NCBI GenBank assembly: GCA_002189035.1
Contig: CM007992.1
Span: 620,001-684,000 of the forward strand
From: Utricularia gibba
Lineage: Eukaryota; Plantae; Magnoliophyta
Reading direction: 5' to 3'
DNA length: 64,000 bases
In this document: positions 46,202 to 60,164 of the stretch, piece by piece
Position numbering within the stretch: position 1 is the stretch's first letter
Layout of the letters: the number at the start of each line of letters is the position of its first letter
The notes under the pieces: generated by a model
Told to the model about the DNA's origin: nothing
The model's database searches: none
What the model saw: only the letters and a program-made list of their open reading frames with translations
Made by a program: the position numbers and the translations under genes

Positions 46202-47643
46202 ATGCTGGGAAGAGGTAGCCGGAAGGATGAGGGATCGTTCACAGTTAGCAACTCTAATGTTTTTGCTGCTCTGGAAAGGAGGAAAAAGAAAAAGTCTGAT
46301 AAGGAGAACGGCGCTAAGGGAATTAAGGGAGCGTTGAAAGGTGATGGGGCTATGAAATCGAAGAAAGTTGAAGAGGAAAAGCAGGTATACTGGGCTCCAG
46401 CGCCTCTGACTGCTAAGTCATGGGCTGATGTCGATGATGAAGATGATGACGATTATTATGCTACCACTGCTCCTCCCCAGGCGATTTGGGGAGGATCTGC
46501 TTCTGATAAAGCTGAAGTGTTGGATAAACCAGATATCCCCGAGGTATGAGGAGGATAATGCTTTCTTTGATGTTGCTTTAATGTGATGTTTTGATATTTT
46601 TTTTGAGTTTGCTGTTTATTGCCCTGTGCTGCCTCTGGCATTCAATACTCGAGATGCCCTAATCAAGTATAGCGTGTTACGATCTCCTCTCTTGTGCTGT
46701 ATCTGTGTATGACCCTCTCATTTAACCAGAATATGCATGCGTATGTGAGTGCCATCGAGCTTTTGGTTTAATTTTCTCTTGTAACTGACATTTGTGTTGT
46801 AGCTGTGCTGCTTTCTTCCATATCATCTTAACACTTCATTGTTGCTTGAATGCTTTTAACTATGCCTTGGGTTCTTGTGGTTGTCTCTGGAAATATCAGG
46901 AAAGTGAAAGTGAAGACGAACTTCTTCACGAGGATGATGATGATTTGGAAGATGAGCATGAAACAGATGTTCATCAGGAGAGTATATCTGTGGTCAAAGA
47001 GCCTGTTGGGCTTCCTGCAGCACCCAAGGAAGCAGAGAGACAGATTTCCAAGAAGGAAAGGAGGAAGAAAGAACTAGCCGAACTTGAAGCTATTTTAGCT
47101 GATTTCGGTGTGAACTCAAAAGAGAAAGCTGAAGAGGAACAACCTGGTAATCTTCTCCTTGTGCTAGTTGTCTTTGCTTTCAAATTTTGCAAGGAAAAAA
47201 TTATAGAAATATTGGTTTTCAGGTTGTTTGGTTAGTCATTCATGTGATCCACGTTTTGAAATGTCACAGAGGTGTCGAAGGACAGGAAGGATCAACTCAA
47301 TGAGGATGAAGATAAGAAAAATGGCGCAGTGGCAGATTCCAAGACTGCAAAAAAGAAAAAAAAGAAGGAAAAGTCTTTCAAGGAGGATAAGGAGACTCAA
47401 GATCAGCCAAATAATTCAGCTGCTACAGATGAGCAAGATGAAACTGCAGAGAACATGGATTCTTCTTCTGTTGATGTAAAAGAGCGGCTGAAGAAGGTGG
47501 CCTCTGCTAAGAAAAAGAAATCCAACAAAGAGGTGGATGCTGCTGCAAGAGCTGCTGCTCTGGAGGCTGCAGCGAGAAGCGCCAAGCTTGCCGCTGCTAA
47601 AAAGAAGGAGAAGAACCATTACAACCAGCAGCCAGCGCGCTGA
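46202..47643 (+). CDS. Conserved plant protein of unknown function, acidic/lysine-rich, 3 coding exons
   Basis: SNSNVFAALE, YWAPAPLTAKSWADVDDEDDDDYYATTAPP, ERQISKKERRKKELAELEAILADFG, AAAKKKEKNHYNQQPAR*. Confidence 0.85.
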
Positions 47644-48996
47644 GACAGACATGGCTTCTTCGTAGACAATAGTGATGAGCTCAATAAACATGGGCAGTTC
47701 ATTCAGCCTCCCCTGCAGTTTTGCTATGCTGTGCCCATTGTTGGGAACTTGTTTCACTCGGTATTCTTCTGAAGTATCGGCCCACTCTGTAAGATCTCCT
47801 GCCTTGTAATTTTCATGTTCAAGTACACTACTAAACTCAGACCCCTGTTTCAGATGCTTTCTGTGTATCTTGCACCTCGGCATTTTGTTATGAGCTACAT
47901 GAAAAGCGCAACACAGTGCTTGCTTTTTGTATCAGTTACTTCTTCATGATCTCATTCGCAGTGAAATGGGAGACCTCCAGTCCTATGAACTGACCGCTTG
48001 GATGTTTTTTACCTTAAAAAAACTCAATTTTACCACTCAACAATAAAGGACAAACTATGCAGTACACAGGTGCCACATTGAAAGCAGATTTATGGAAAGG
48101 TAAGATAAGGGTGCTCGTTTTTTGATGTGACTCCCTCAATAATTCTGACTATTTACCCCGTCGGGTGAAAATAATTTTTCACCGCGGCGGTGAATATGTA
48201 GACCCAATATCACGGATGGCACACTGAGTACAATAATGGAGATCTCTTCCTTCCGGTCTCCTAAAAGCAAAAGGGTAGACACAGGGGCACATGAATTCGT
48301 TTAATTGGCTCTTGATTCCTTTGGTTCCGTCGAATTTCTCTTGCGTACATCATCCACTGCCCGGGTGACTTCAGAGGTTCTGAGATTCACTCATTGTCCC
48401 TGTCTTTGGAGCTGGAAGAAAGGTTCAGTTTTTTATTCTAATCTGCGATCTGCAAGTGCGTTTGCTGGCTTTTTTACCCTTTTTTGGGGGGTTTTGTTTC
48501 TGTGTCGCTTTTGAGGGATACGACTAGGTGGGAATAATTGATAGCAACCCTTTCAGCCATTTAAAGATTTCGAACCATTTTTCTCAGCTTTTGCTCTTGA
48601 CATCCAACGCTCTTCTCTTTCGAGCAGCTTCTGCATTGATTGTTGCCATACAAGTTGTTGGGTGCGTGCTTGGAAGTGTTGGTTGTTTCTCGTTTCTCCT
48701 CTTGTTGGTGATGTTGGAAGGGGAAAGGTTGGTTGGTCGTTCTTGGATTTAGCTGAGGATTGCTGTTGCGGGAATTGGTGAATTTTCAGCTGTTTTCTTT
48801 TGGATGGGGAACTATAAAGATCTAGTCTTTTGGATGATTTATAGGACTGCTCTCACTTCGGGGTCTTTACTCTTTTTCATCCTCCAGATCCCCAATTTCA
48901 TCGACATTGGGTCTGTTTGAAACCCTAAAGTCGCAGTTGTTGTCTGCGTTTTTGGTTTTTGTTTAGATTAGATTTACAGAAGCTTGACAGATCACA

Positions 48997-50577
48997 ATGT
49001 GGAAGCAATTTCTTGGTAAACTCCCAAGGAAATCTCAAAAGCCAGATCCAGATTCTCCTAGAAACCCAACTTCGGGCACGGCTTCATTGTCTCCCAGTTC
49101 TGTCAGATTGAATGCTGCCAATCCTGCTACCAAACGGGCTTCAGCTGCGGTTTTCCCTACATGTGTGATTGCCGGGATTGAGCCATTGCTTGCATTCAAG
49201 GATGTTCCATGTTCAGAAAGGATGAACCTTTTAATCAGTAAGCTAAGTTTGTGCTGTGTGTTGTTTGATTTTAGTGATCCTGCGAAGAACATTCAAGAAA
49301 AGGAACTTAAAAGAGCCACCCTGATCGAGCTTCTTGATTTTATATCACAAAATCCCCCGAAGCTAACCGAGAATGCCATTGTAGCAACCTGCAAAATGTG
49401 CTCCATTAACTTGTTCCGTGTTTTTCCTCCGAATAGTCGTCCCACTAATTCATCTTCCGGTGAAAATGAGAATGATGATGAGCCATCATTCGACCCAGCA
49501 TGGCCGCACCTGCAGATTGTGTATGATTTCTTACTCAAGGTTGTTACATCTACATCTTTGGAAGCTAAGATTGCAAAGAAGTATATCAATCACTCGTTTA
49601 TCTTAAAAATCATTGATTTATTTGATTCTGAGGATCCCAGGGAAAGGGACTGCCTTAAAGCGATTCTGCACAGGATATATGGAAAGTTTATGGTTCATAG
49701 GCCCTTTATCAGGAGGAGTATAAGTAATGTATTCTGCAGATTTGTGTTTGAGACAGAGAAGCATAATGGTATCGCCGAATTGCTGGAGATCTTTGGGAGT
49801 GTGATAACAGGATTTGCTTTGCCTCTGAAGGAGGAACATAAGCTATTTCTTTCGAGGACACTAATTCCACTTCACAAGACCAAGTCATTGGGTGTTTATT
49901 TTCAGCAGCTTTCATATTGTGTGAGCCAGTTCATTGATAAAGATCCAAAGTTGGCTAGTGTTGTGATTGGCGGGCTGTTGAAATTTTGGCCAATCACAAA
50001 TAGTCAAAAGGAAGTGATGTTTTTGGGTGAATTGGAAGAGATACTTGAAGTCATTGACATGGCTGAGTTTCAAAAGGTCATGGTGCCTTTATTCAGACGA
50101 ATCTCCAACTGCATAATCAGCCGCCATTTTCAGGTAACTTTTTTCTTTCATGCTGCCTTGAGATCCATCCAAGTGTTTTGATACTTAATCCAGGTTTTCT
50201 TTCATAGAATCAGTCTATTATATTGTCATCTTTTGATGCAGGTGGCAGAAAGGGCATTATTTTTGTGGAACAACGACCAGGTTATTAATCTAATCATGCG
50301 AAATCGGCAAGTTATACTTCCTATGATCTTCCCAGCACTAGAAGCTAATGCTCAAAACCACTGGAACCAGGCAGTTCTCAACTTAACTCTAAATGTGAAA
50401 AAGATGCTTGCAGAAATGGATGATGAGCTAGCCGTAGCCTGCATTTCTGAATACAGAGATGAAGAGAAGCGCAAGCATTTGGCTGCAGAAAAACGAAATG
50501 AGATATGGTCTCATTTGGAGAATGTCGCCCGTCTCCAGCCAGTGGCAGGCAACACTCCTGTCCTGGTTATGCGCTGA
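48997..50577 (+). CDS. PP2A regulatory subunit B' (B56), kappa/iota-like, one intron
   Basis: [66 protein letters not shown]|[11 protein letters not shown]. Confidence 0.96.
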
Positions 50578-51354
50578 TTCATCATTGCAAGGGGCTGTGT
50601 GATTATGGACTTGCTGGTTGAAACCATGATGTATAATTCTGCAGTTGCTAGGAAAACCATGTAATTTTTGTGTCTGATGGAACATTTCCTGTTCCCTGAG
50701 AAGGGCGTGGTAAATGAGAAGTTCCTGTCTGTCTAGTTGATGGTAAAACTAACCTTGCTAATCTTTTCCCACTTTCTGGGCATCACTGTGATTATGGCTA
50801 CTCGTCTCTTGTATACCAGTTTTTTAATTCCTGCTAAATGAGTTGATTATATGAACCTTTTATGAGAAACACACTCTCAAGATGAATATGAAACTTTAGA
50901 AGCCTCACTTGAAGTTGGAGAAGAAACTTCAACTCTCAAAATAAGACTCTGATTTGGCAGCACAGCTGCTACGAGCTTGCTTGTTCAGAAGCTAAAGAAA
51001 GGTAACAGGGGAGAGAGGATCTGGGAGATGGCATTTGGATCAGGTTTTAAATGAAAAAGACCAATTTTCTATCCATGTTCCTGAGGTCGCAACTCAATCA
51101 TCTGCCATTACCACAGTTTCTTATGCATCTGGTTCAAAATGCTGTGTGAGTGTCTACTTATGTATTTACTGACTGTGGTACCATTCTCTATGTTTGGATA
51201 TCACGCCAAAGGGAACAAGTCTTTTGAACATTAAACCAGAATCCGATCAAACATCCAAGTGACACAAAGCCACAAATGCATGTCAGAGAAGATCTATAAG
51301 CGGGCAAAAAGCTCAATATCAACATGTTTTACCAGAGCCAAGGCAAGTGTTTGT

Positions 51355-52113
51355 TTATTCCTTGGAGGATTTGTTGATGAGGGACTTGTGTATATGTGGA
51401 ATCACACCACCACCAGCTATGGTTCCCTTGATGAGCGTATCGAGTTCCTCATCTCCCCGTATAGCGAGCTGCAGATGCCGTGGGGTTATACGCTTCACCT
51501 TCAAATCCTTGCTCGCATTGCCAGCCAACTCCAAGACCTCAGCAGTTAGGTACTCAAGAATTGCAGCAGTGTAGACTGCAGCTGTAGCTCCAACTCTTCC
51601 ATGAGCCGTAGCTCGCTCCTTCAAGAGCCGATGAATACGGCCAACAGGAAACTACAAGAGCAGAAAAAGAGATGGTGAAACAAGCTTGCAAACCCGAAGA
51701 TGGCACATTGCCCACGGCAAACAACGATTTGATAGAACTTGCACGTAAATTCTAAGGAACCAACTTTCTCAAAAGGGATAGATAATGCAACCCACTTCCG
51801 GATCCATCGAAGCCAACTCCAAGAATTTGTATCTAAACCCAAACACCTGTAACAAATCAGCAGACAATAGAACAAACAGGGTTTTACTGCAAGACCCCCC
51901 TTTTGGTTTCAAAAGGAACCCATATAGATTGCAGGCTCTATAGAACAGTGGAAATTCGAATTAAAGGGATGAGTCGGAAGGATCAGGAAGAGTAACCTGA
52001 AGCCCAGCGCGAGAAGAGCGAGAGCTAGGCTTCTTCTTGTCCTTGTCCTTATCTTTCGAAGCAGGGACCTTCCCCGTCAAAAATCCCTTCGCTCCCTTCC
52101 CCGACCCCGACAT
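51355..52113 (-). CDS. H2A.Z: Histone variant H2A.Z, two exons
   Basis: [10 protein letters not shown]...[13 protein letters not shown]|[98 protein letters not shown]. Confidence 0.97.
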
Positions 52114-52631
52114 TTCTGATACAATTCTTCACGCAGATCTACAGACTTGTGCAACGACAAAGTAAAGTGAAAATGCAAGAAAAAGGAAGGGTGGGTAGTG
52201 GGCAGCAAAAACAGGGAGAGTGAGAGAGAGAGAATTCGTACATTACCATTTTATATTCGTATCTTTTTTTAAAGGGACTTGCTGAACATGGAAAAAGAAA
52301 ATTATGGGTGGTGCCGTGCCGTGCTGATCCCGCACGCGCACACCAGCCTGGTAGAATGATTGGCTGGCCGGAATTCATTCTCGTCCCAATAGAAGGATTT
52401 CGTCTCAAGTTGGGGTCAAGAGATAGCTGTGTGTGCATGGGGGATTTGCTTCGGCGGAAGCGTGTATCAGTTTCTTCAAACAACCGCCGTTTTGGGTCAA
52501 ATTAGTCAGGAATCTCAGGATTAAGGTCCTTGCCCAGTAGACCAACTCCTGGGATTCACACTGTGTGTAGCTAGTTTTGTCTTACATGAAGCTGCTTTCG
52601 TAGATTGGCTGTTTCTCTTATTTTTTTTTCC

Positions 52632-55600
52632 ATGGCTGGCGCCTTCATTAGCAACCCTTTTCGTATTACTGCTCATTTGTCACAACCTTCCTCGGTTGCT
52701 GCTTTTCCTTTCCCGGAGCATTCAAGATTCAATTTTTGCCCGAGTTTAGTTCGCGCATCTAATGTCAAGGTGATCATTATCTTGACTGGCTTGTCTTGTT
52801 TAGTTTGTATTTCGTTTTGGGCATTCATTTTTTGTATGGAATGCAGTTATCCTGATTTCATTTACACTGTAGATTGTGTCTTTGATAGATTTATCTAGTT
52901 TCTCTTTTTATGCAGTCTCTGAAAAGCCTCCCATTGCATTCATTTCTTCGGTAGCTATCCTGAATTTCTGATGTTAATATCAGTTCAGTTCTACGCATCA
53001 CTAAGAACTAGATGAGCTGGAGAATAAAACCTTTACCGTAGTGGCTTTCTGTTTTAAGTTGCAGGGTGATAGCGGTCGTGTACCATGCTTACCAATGGTT
53101 GATCGTTTTATGGATGAGAAAGTGCCAACGCCTATGCTTGATGCAGTTGAAAACCCTCTGCATTTGAAGAATTTAAATTCAACGGTGTGGTGATTTGTTG
53201 GATAAAATGATCTTCCTACTGACAATTTTTTTAGTTATTTATACAAATGTCACTCCTTGTTTAAGTTGCTAATTTGTGTCTCATTTTACATAGGAATTAT
53301 GTCAGCTTGCTGATGACATTCGATCTGAATTGCTGTTCATGAGATCAAAAACCAAAAAATCATATAAGACCAGTCTATCTGCGGTGGAACTAGCTGTTGC
53401 TATTCATCATGTTTTTAATTCCCCTGTGGACAAGATACTCTGGGATATGGAGGATCAAGTGAGATACGTCTCTGAATATACAAATGAATGCTAATCACCT
53501 TACTTGGAAAGAACATGTTTTTTTTTATTGAATCATTTCACTAATCTCTCTAACAGCTGATCTCACATTCAGTACATTTTCATTTTCTTAACAGGCATAT
53601 CCACACAAGCTTTTGACTGGCAGAAGACCAATTTTGCATAATGTTTGCAAGCCAGATGATTTAGTTGGTTACTCGTGCCGTGGAGAATATGATCCATTCG
53701 CTCCTGGTCATGGATGCAGCAGCATATCTTCTGGGCTGGGTACTTATCCGGTCAATTCCATTCTTGATTATGGCCCTATACTAGAGACGGCTTTGCATTG
53801 AAAGTTTGTTGCTCAAACAATTCAATCTATTTCCATTCAGGAATGGCTATTGCACGAGATATGAAAGGAAAAAGAGAGCACATAGTTGCAGTTATCAGCA
53901 ATGAATCTACTATGGCTGGTCAGGTGTATGAGGCCATGAGCAATGCTGGTTATTTGGACTCAAATATTATTGTAATACTAAATGATACTCATCACTCCTT
54001 GCCGACGAAGCTTCAGCATGCTCCAAAAGCATCAGTTAATGCTGTATCTAGTACTTTGAGCAAGCTACAGTCGAGTAAAATTTTTAGGAAAATTCGAGAG
54101 CTGGCTAAGGTACCACTCTTTTTATGTGTTTCCGTATTATGGTTCAGTAAAATGTGTATTGCTGCTTAAGTAAAACGCTGTGTCATAAAAATATCATTAG
54201 AAATGACCCAGTACATTTTATAATCATGTAACTTGTCAGCCTAGCACTCTTCCTCTCTGTGTATGCCATTTTCACCCTCTTGTAAGGAAGGTGTCTTTCT
54301 AGCTGAAATGAATTATCACAGGGTTATAGCTGTCTTAGTGCCATTAAATGAATGAATAGAATGCATAAGTTTGTCAAAAATAAGCTGTGATATCAGCAAC
54401 CCAAGGGTGGTATCGTAAGTTGCATGTAAATTTCAGGTTCTTACGAAGAAGATTGGCAGTGGGATGCATGAGTGGGCTGCAAAAATCGATGAATATGCTC
54501 GTGGCATGCTTGGTCCCCCTGGATCAACACTGTTTGAGGAGCTTGGTTTGTACTATATTGGCCCAATAGATGGCCACAAGATTGAAGACCTTGTTTGTGT
54601 ACTGCGTGAAGTTGCTTCCTTGGACTCAATGGGTCCTGTTCTGATTCATGTAATCACACAGGAAGACCATGAGGTAGAAGATACTGAGGCCAGTAAATTT
54701 TCTGGGGAGCAAGGTAAAGGTTTATTTGAATTCTCCATCATCATTATTTGCTTGAAAAGAAAAGAGGATTGAAATGCATTGCATGTATACTATCATATGA
54801 TATCTCCTGTTCTTAGGATCTGTTCCTTCATAATCTCTGCCTGAATGTGGAAAATTTTTAGTGTCATTATTTCTCTTATTCATCATTATGTCTTGATCTT
54901 GTTTATGTTGGACATTTGTAGGCTCCACTGGCAATGAATCATTTACCAGCAACTTTAAACCGCCAACATACAGCGATGTCTTTGTCAATTCTTTGGTTGA
55001 AGAGTCTGTGAAAGACAAAGATATCGTAGTCGTTCATTCGGGGTTGGGAATAGAACTCCCATTTCTGCCATTGAAAGATAAACTTCAAGATCGGTTTTTT
55101 CCAGTTGGAATGGCTGAACAGCACGCAGTTACATTCTCAGCTGGTATGGCATGTGGTGGGCTAAAGCCTTTCTGTTTGATTCCTTCAACTTTTCTCCAGA
55201 GAGCGTATGATCAGGTTTCCTTCCATGATCTCTTTTCAAATCTCTGCTTTGAAAATGAACAGAAATTTGAAAAAGCAACTTCCATGGCTGCTGTTTTATT
55301 GTTTTTCTCCAGGTGATTCATGATGTGGACCGGCAGAAGATCCCTGTCCGCTTCGTGATAACGAGTGCAGGGCTGGTCGGAACCGATGGTGCGACACAGT
55401 GTGGAGCTTTCGATATCACTTTCATGTCATGTTTGCCAAACATGATTGTCATGGCGCCATCTGACGAGATCGAACTTGCCCGAATGGTGAAAACTGCTGT
55501 TCTCATTGACGATGGGCCAGTTTGCTTCCGCTACCCCAGAGGAGCCGTAGCTCTGATGGACCCTGAGTTGCACGCCGGAGAACCAATTGAGCTCGGCAAA

Positions 55601-56092
55601 GGAAGAATACTCAGAGATGGGAACGACATCGCCCTTCTCGGCTTCGGCTCCATGGTAGAGAATTGCCTCAGAGCACATTCTCTTCTCTCGAAGCTCGGAG
55701 TTGATGTCACAGTGGCTGACGCACGCTTCTGCAAGCCACTGGACATAAACTTAGTCAGGAATCTCTGCAAGAACCACAAGTTCCTGATCACAGTCGAGGA
55801 AGGTGCCATCGGAGGATTCGGAGCTCATGTCGCTCAGTTCATTTCCCTTGATGGGCTTCTCGACGCCGGAGTCAAGGTACTATCCCTAACATATCTTCCA
55901 TTCTTCTGTTAATCTAACCTTGGAATCCTGCCATGGCAGTGGCGGCCGATCACTCTGCCAGATAACTACATCGAGAGCGCTCCACCGGAAGATCAACTCT
56001 TCTGCGCCGGGCTCACCGGACATCATATCGCAGCGACGGCGCTGAATCTTCTCGGCCGAACCCGAGATGCTCTCCTACTGATGTGCCGGTAG
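52632..56092 (+). CDS. DXS3: Clade-3 1-deoxy-D-xylulose-5-phosphate synthase-like protein (multi-exon)
   Basis: [89 protein letters not shown]...[23 protein letters not shown]. Clade-3-type SNESTMAG replaces GDGAMTAG. Confidence 0.9.
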
Positions 56093-56806
56093 AGGAGAAA
56101 CTAGATGAGGAGGTGATGACACACTGCTCTTGCACTTGTAGAGATTCATTCTGAGTGACTCATAAAAGAGCTCTGGTTGTATGCTGTGAGCTCAGTGTAG
56201 TAACTGGTACAAGAAAATGTAAGAACGTGCGATTTTTTTTAATAATATTATTATTATTTTGTGAAAATATAACAATATAATTTATTGAAAAATATATTTT
56301 TTTAATGAAACGATTGTTTCAAAAGTGTAAAACTATATTTATTATTCTTTTTATATGATTTTACATTTTTTTTAAAATAGTACCTTTAGTACTCATTATT
56401 TGGTTAAAATAATGTTTTTTATATTAAATATATTTAATTTGAGATATAGAGTAAAATTAATTTTTAATATTTTTAATTTGTATATAATTAATCTCAATTA
56501 TTTATATATTCTATATTAATTGTTTTTATTATTTGAAAATCAATTATGATTAATTTATATTATTTTATTATATAGTAAAATTGATTCCTAAATTAACTTG
56601 ATATAATAAATTTCTAATATTTTATTAAAATGATGAAATTAGTTTTCATAATTAAATCTATTTATATAAAGAGTGGGATCATTCATCCAATTATTTCATT
56701 ATTTAATAAATCATAATTAAAAAAATAAAAATTCCTTCATCAATCACGCTTTCTCTGATTTTTATTGATTTCAGGTTTGGGGTTGAGAGCGAGGAGTGGA
56801 GCAAGA

Positions 56807-57680
56807 ATGGGGGGTTCCGCATCGAAGTGGGTCGTCGACCCAACTCGCAATCCGCTGGCGAGAATGCACTCGAACGCAGTTGCCAATCGTCTTCGGAAAT
56901 ATGGTACTTGTTCTTTCTCTTGATTGATTTTGTGCCTATGAGGTTGTAGATTCGCGGATTTCGTGAATGATTTTTTGAGATTTGTGTGCCGAAAATTAGG
57001 ACTTCGTCTTGATGATTTGTATGACCCGATGTACGAACTGGATATTAAGGAGGCGCTGAGTCGACTCCCGAAGGAGGTTGTCGATGCGCGGAATCAGCGC
57101 CTTAAGCGGGCTATGGACCTCTCCATGAAGCACAACTACCTTGATGCAGATCTCCAGGTATTCTTCGATTTTGATGATAAGATTTCAATTTTTTAGTTTT
57201 TATCTTCTTCAGCTTGTGGTTACGAATTCGGTGTCGTATTGTGAGCCAACAGTGAAAGTAGGAGCAGGATTTCTTTAAATTCTCTGATTTGTGTAGAGAT
57301 AATAACATTTCAGATCAAATATGAACAAGTTGATAGGGAAATTTCTTCTTAGATTTATTCTTGAAGATGATGTTGTGTTAGCATGGATTTACCATCATTT
57401 TTTCGAGGCTCATCGTTTATCATATGTGAACTGCAACACAACAATATTGTTCTTTCACAGGCTCTGCAAACCCCATATAGGACCTACCTTCAACCAATGC
57501 TGACTCTTGTAAGTTCGTTTTTTTTTTTTTTTATGAAAATAATAAGCTTTCGATTCACTGTCTAATGGAATCAGTTACCCACACATTTATGTTTTTTTTC
57601 CGGCATTGCAGGTTAAGAGAGAGCAAGCTGAACGAGAAGCCCTTGGCGCATTGCCTCTTTACCAGAGAACCCTGCCTTAA
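56807..57680 (+). CDS. QCR7: Cytochrome b-c1 complex subunit 7, 4 exons
   Basis: VDPTRNPLARMH...NRLRKYG|LRLDDLYDPMYELDIKEALSRLPKEVVDARNQRLKRAMDLSMKH...Q|ALQTPYRTYLQPMLTL|VKREQAEREALGALPLYQRTLP*. Confidence 0.95.
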
Positions 57681-58731
57681 GTGGGTTCTCTTTCATCTCC
57701 CTGGCGTGACACTGGTAGTTTTTGCCGTTATGGGTTACGTGAAGCTGTAAACCCCAAACCATGTCTTCCATCTGAAGGCCTTTATTGCTTGTAACTGACT
57801 TTTTATGTTACATTTTCTGAATAAAGAACCTTCCTTGATCAGCAGCCAGTACACTAGTGTATGATGGTTATATCCTCTAATCTTGATCATCGAAAAACCA
57901 ACCATGGAAATGTGTACGCCTACAAACCATGAAGGCTCAGCCCATCACACATCCTCGGAAATAACAAAGCAAAACACTATGCATGTCTTTGTAGGCAGCT
58001 GGAGCTTCAAGAACGAGCCCACAACTACGGTTCACGGTTGCTTGGAAGTTCTATGATTTGATAGTCATTTGAGTGATATAATCTGTTGTCTTTCAGGGCT
58101 TGGGGCTCGTGAGTTTGACTGCATTTCGATGCAATAGGTAATCAGCAACTTGTGAATCCCTGGGTTGAAAGAATTGCCACCTTCTCTCCATCGGTGGAGA
58201 GCCACCATCTTAATGTTGAAATGGGATCCTGGTTTCAAATAAATCAAGTAACCTGTCTTTCTCAAAATGCATCCCCAAGCTGCCATGCATTCGGTTGAAG
58301 CCACTTGGCTTAGTTGCAGGTCATTACAAGTTTTGAACCTTGCTCACTGTATCAGTGAAGATGATCACTTAAATGTTGAAAGTTTGCAGGGATTGGTGGA
58401 AATGAAAACATCCAAAAGAGATATGGCTAAAGGTGTGTATTGATGCAGACTGAATCAGTACAGGATATTGTGATCCATTGTCCATCTGCCTTTTTGCTAT
58501 GATACAAGTACTGCTAAGGAGAATTAACAGGGAAGCTGGGATGACTGGAGAAGAATCCCATCATTTGAATCCAACACACGGAAAAGGTTTGATCTTTTTT
58601 AGGCCAACCAATCACTATCAATGTCTTCTATCTCCATGCTGCAAATTTCAACCATGAAAAGGAACACACATTAGTTTCGGTGAACATTTCCCATTACCTA
58701 TGAAATGCATGCTTTTTTGTGAAGTGATTTC

Positions 58732-59592
58732 TCACCAGGGAAGAGCTGGATCGGTGAAACAATCCTCATAGAAAGAATGCGAGAAGCTTTCATTTGCATT
58801 GAGCCAAGCTGGGAACTCCATCACTTGATCAAACAAAGAGCTGACGAGATCATCGCTTTTGTGATCCTCAATCTCCATGGATTTCAAGAACTTGAACCAC
58901 CACGCACAGTTGACGAGATTCATGATGTCATCCCACTCCATGGCGTGCTGCTTCCCGATTGTTTTCATCTCCTCCAGCTCTTTCGAACCCAGCATCTGTG
59001 TATCCTGATTTGTCCCTGAATTTTCCTCGGCGGCGGCGGCGGCTTGCAGCGGGGGAGACGATGATGATAAAGAGGAAGATGGGTTGCTCCCGGCGGTGCC
59101 CAGGCACTCGAAACTGTCGACATTGAGATTGAGTCCGAGTGCCCGTGTCGGAAGTTCCAGATTCGGGATCTTGTGGATGCAGGGTATTGATGGAACAGGG
59201 GAAATCGCCCAGGAATCGACGGAAAAATACTGTTCAGGGGAAACATGATGAGTCGTCGGAGAAAATGGCGGGAACTCCGGGGGTTTCTTCTCCCGCCACC
59301 GTGGCTTATCCGCGGCGCGTTTCATGGCGGCCCTATGACACTTGAGGGCCGCGACGATTTCCCGCCGGGCCTCCGCCATATTCATCAGCCTCTCCTGATT
59401 TGATCTGTTGGTGTTAAGCCTCTTCCTCACCAGTTTCCTCTGCGACTTCATCGCCACCTGTTCATCCGAACCGCCGGCACCAGCGCATCCCGGTTCCGCC
59501 GCATCCACGGCGCCTGCACCGGAGAGCAAACCGGCTTCAGGGGCTCGAATGGCGGAGAGTTTGGGTTTGGGGTAAGAAGATTTCACCTTCAT
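58732..59592 (-). CDS. Conserved plant protein of unknown function, intronless
   Basis: Long ORF with motif blocks QERLMNMAEARREIVAALKCHRAAMK, LPTRALGLNLN and IGKQHAMEWDDIMNLVNCAWWFKFLK. First ATG at 59592; TATA-like element about 80 nt upstream. Confidence 0.8.
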   Translation of the reverse strand: MKVKSSYPKPKLSAIRAPEAGLLSGAGAVDAAEPGCAGAGGSDEQVAMKSQRKLVRKRLNTNRSNQERLMNMAEARREIVAALKCHRAAMKRAADKPRWREKKPPEFPPFSPTTHHVSPEQYFSVDSWAISPVPSIPCIHKIPNLELPTRALGLNLNVDSFECLGTAGSNPSSSLSSSSPPLQAAAAAEENSGTNQDTQMLGSKELEEMKTIGKQHAMEWDDIMNLVNCAWWFKFLKSMEIEDHKSDDLVSSLFDQVMEFPAWLNANESFSHSFYEDCFTDPALPW

Positions 59593-60164
59593 TTCTTCTC
59601 CAGCTCCTTGGTGGAAGGAGACGACGGGCAACTACAACAGCGCCGGGAGTCGCCGGTGAAGAGAGGGTTTTATATACAGGGGCCCTGTGTCTGTTTCAAC
59701 TTGGAAGGTCTCCATGATTGGGGCGATGGATGCTTCTTTTCCAGTTTAGGAATTTTAATTAGAAATAGAAGGTCTAACTGTCGTTTTGTATTATAATTTA
59801 ATTAATAATATAATTTAATTATTTATGATTACATTTAAATATTATATAATATTAGGGGTATTGATCTATTTAAATACCTCAATTCTGATGTTCATAGCTA
59901 ATATGGAATATCGTATCTAACATTTTACTTCTCTTAGTACCCATTCATCCCACTATTAATATTAGAAGTTTCCATTCTAATACCAAATGTTATAATTCAA
60001 TCCCATTTTACATGATATTATCTGATAAATATAAATAAATATTTATTGAATATGTGTACACAAATTAGTATCTATATCCATAAATCCGTATATCATGATA
60101 CATGAATTTATATAAATAATATTTTAAATTTATAATTAAATATGAAAAGGAGTTCAATTGATTA

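Noticed and set aside
48164-48194. Overlapping hairpins GGTGAAAA/TTTTCACC and TTCACCGC/GCGGTGAA
   Set aside because: Two 8-bp stems are within chance expectation for 64 kb, and there is no supporting context.
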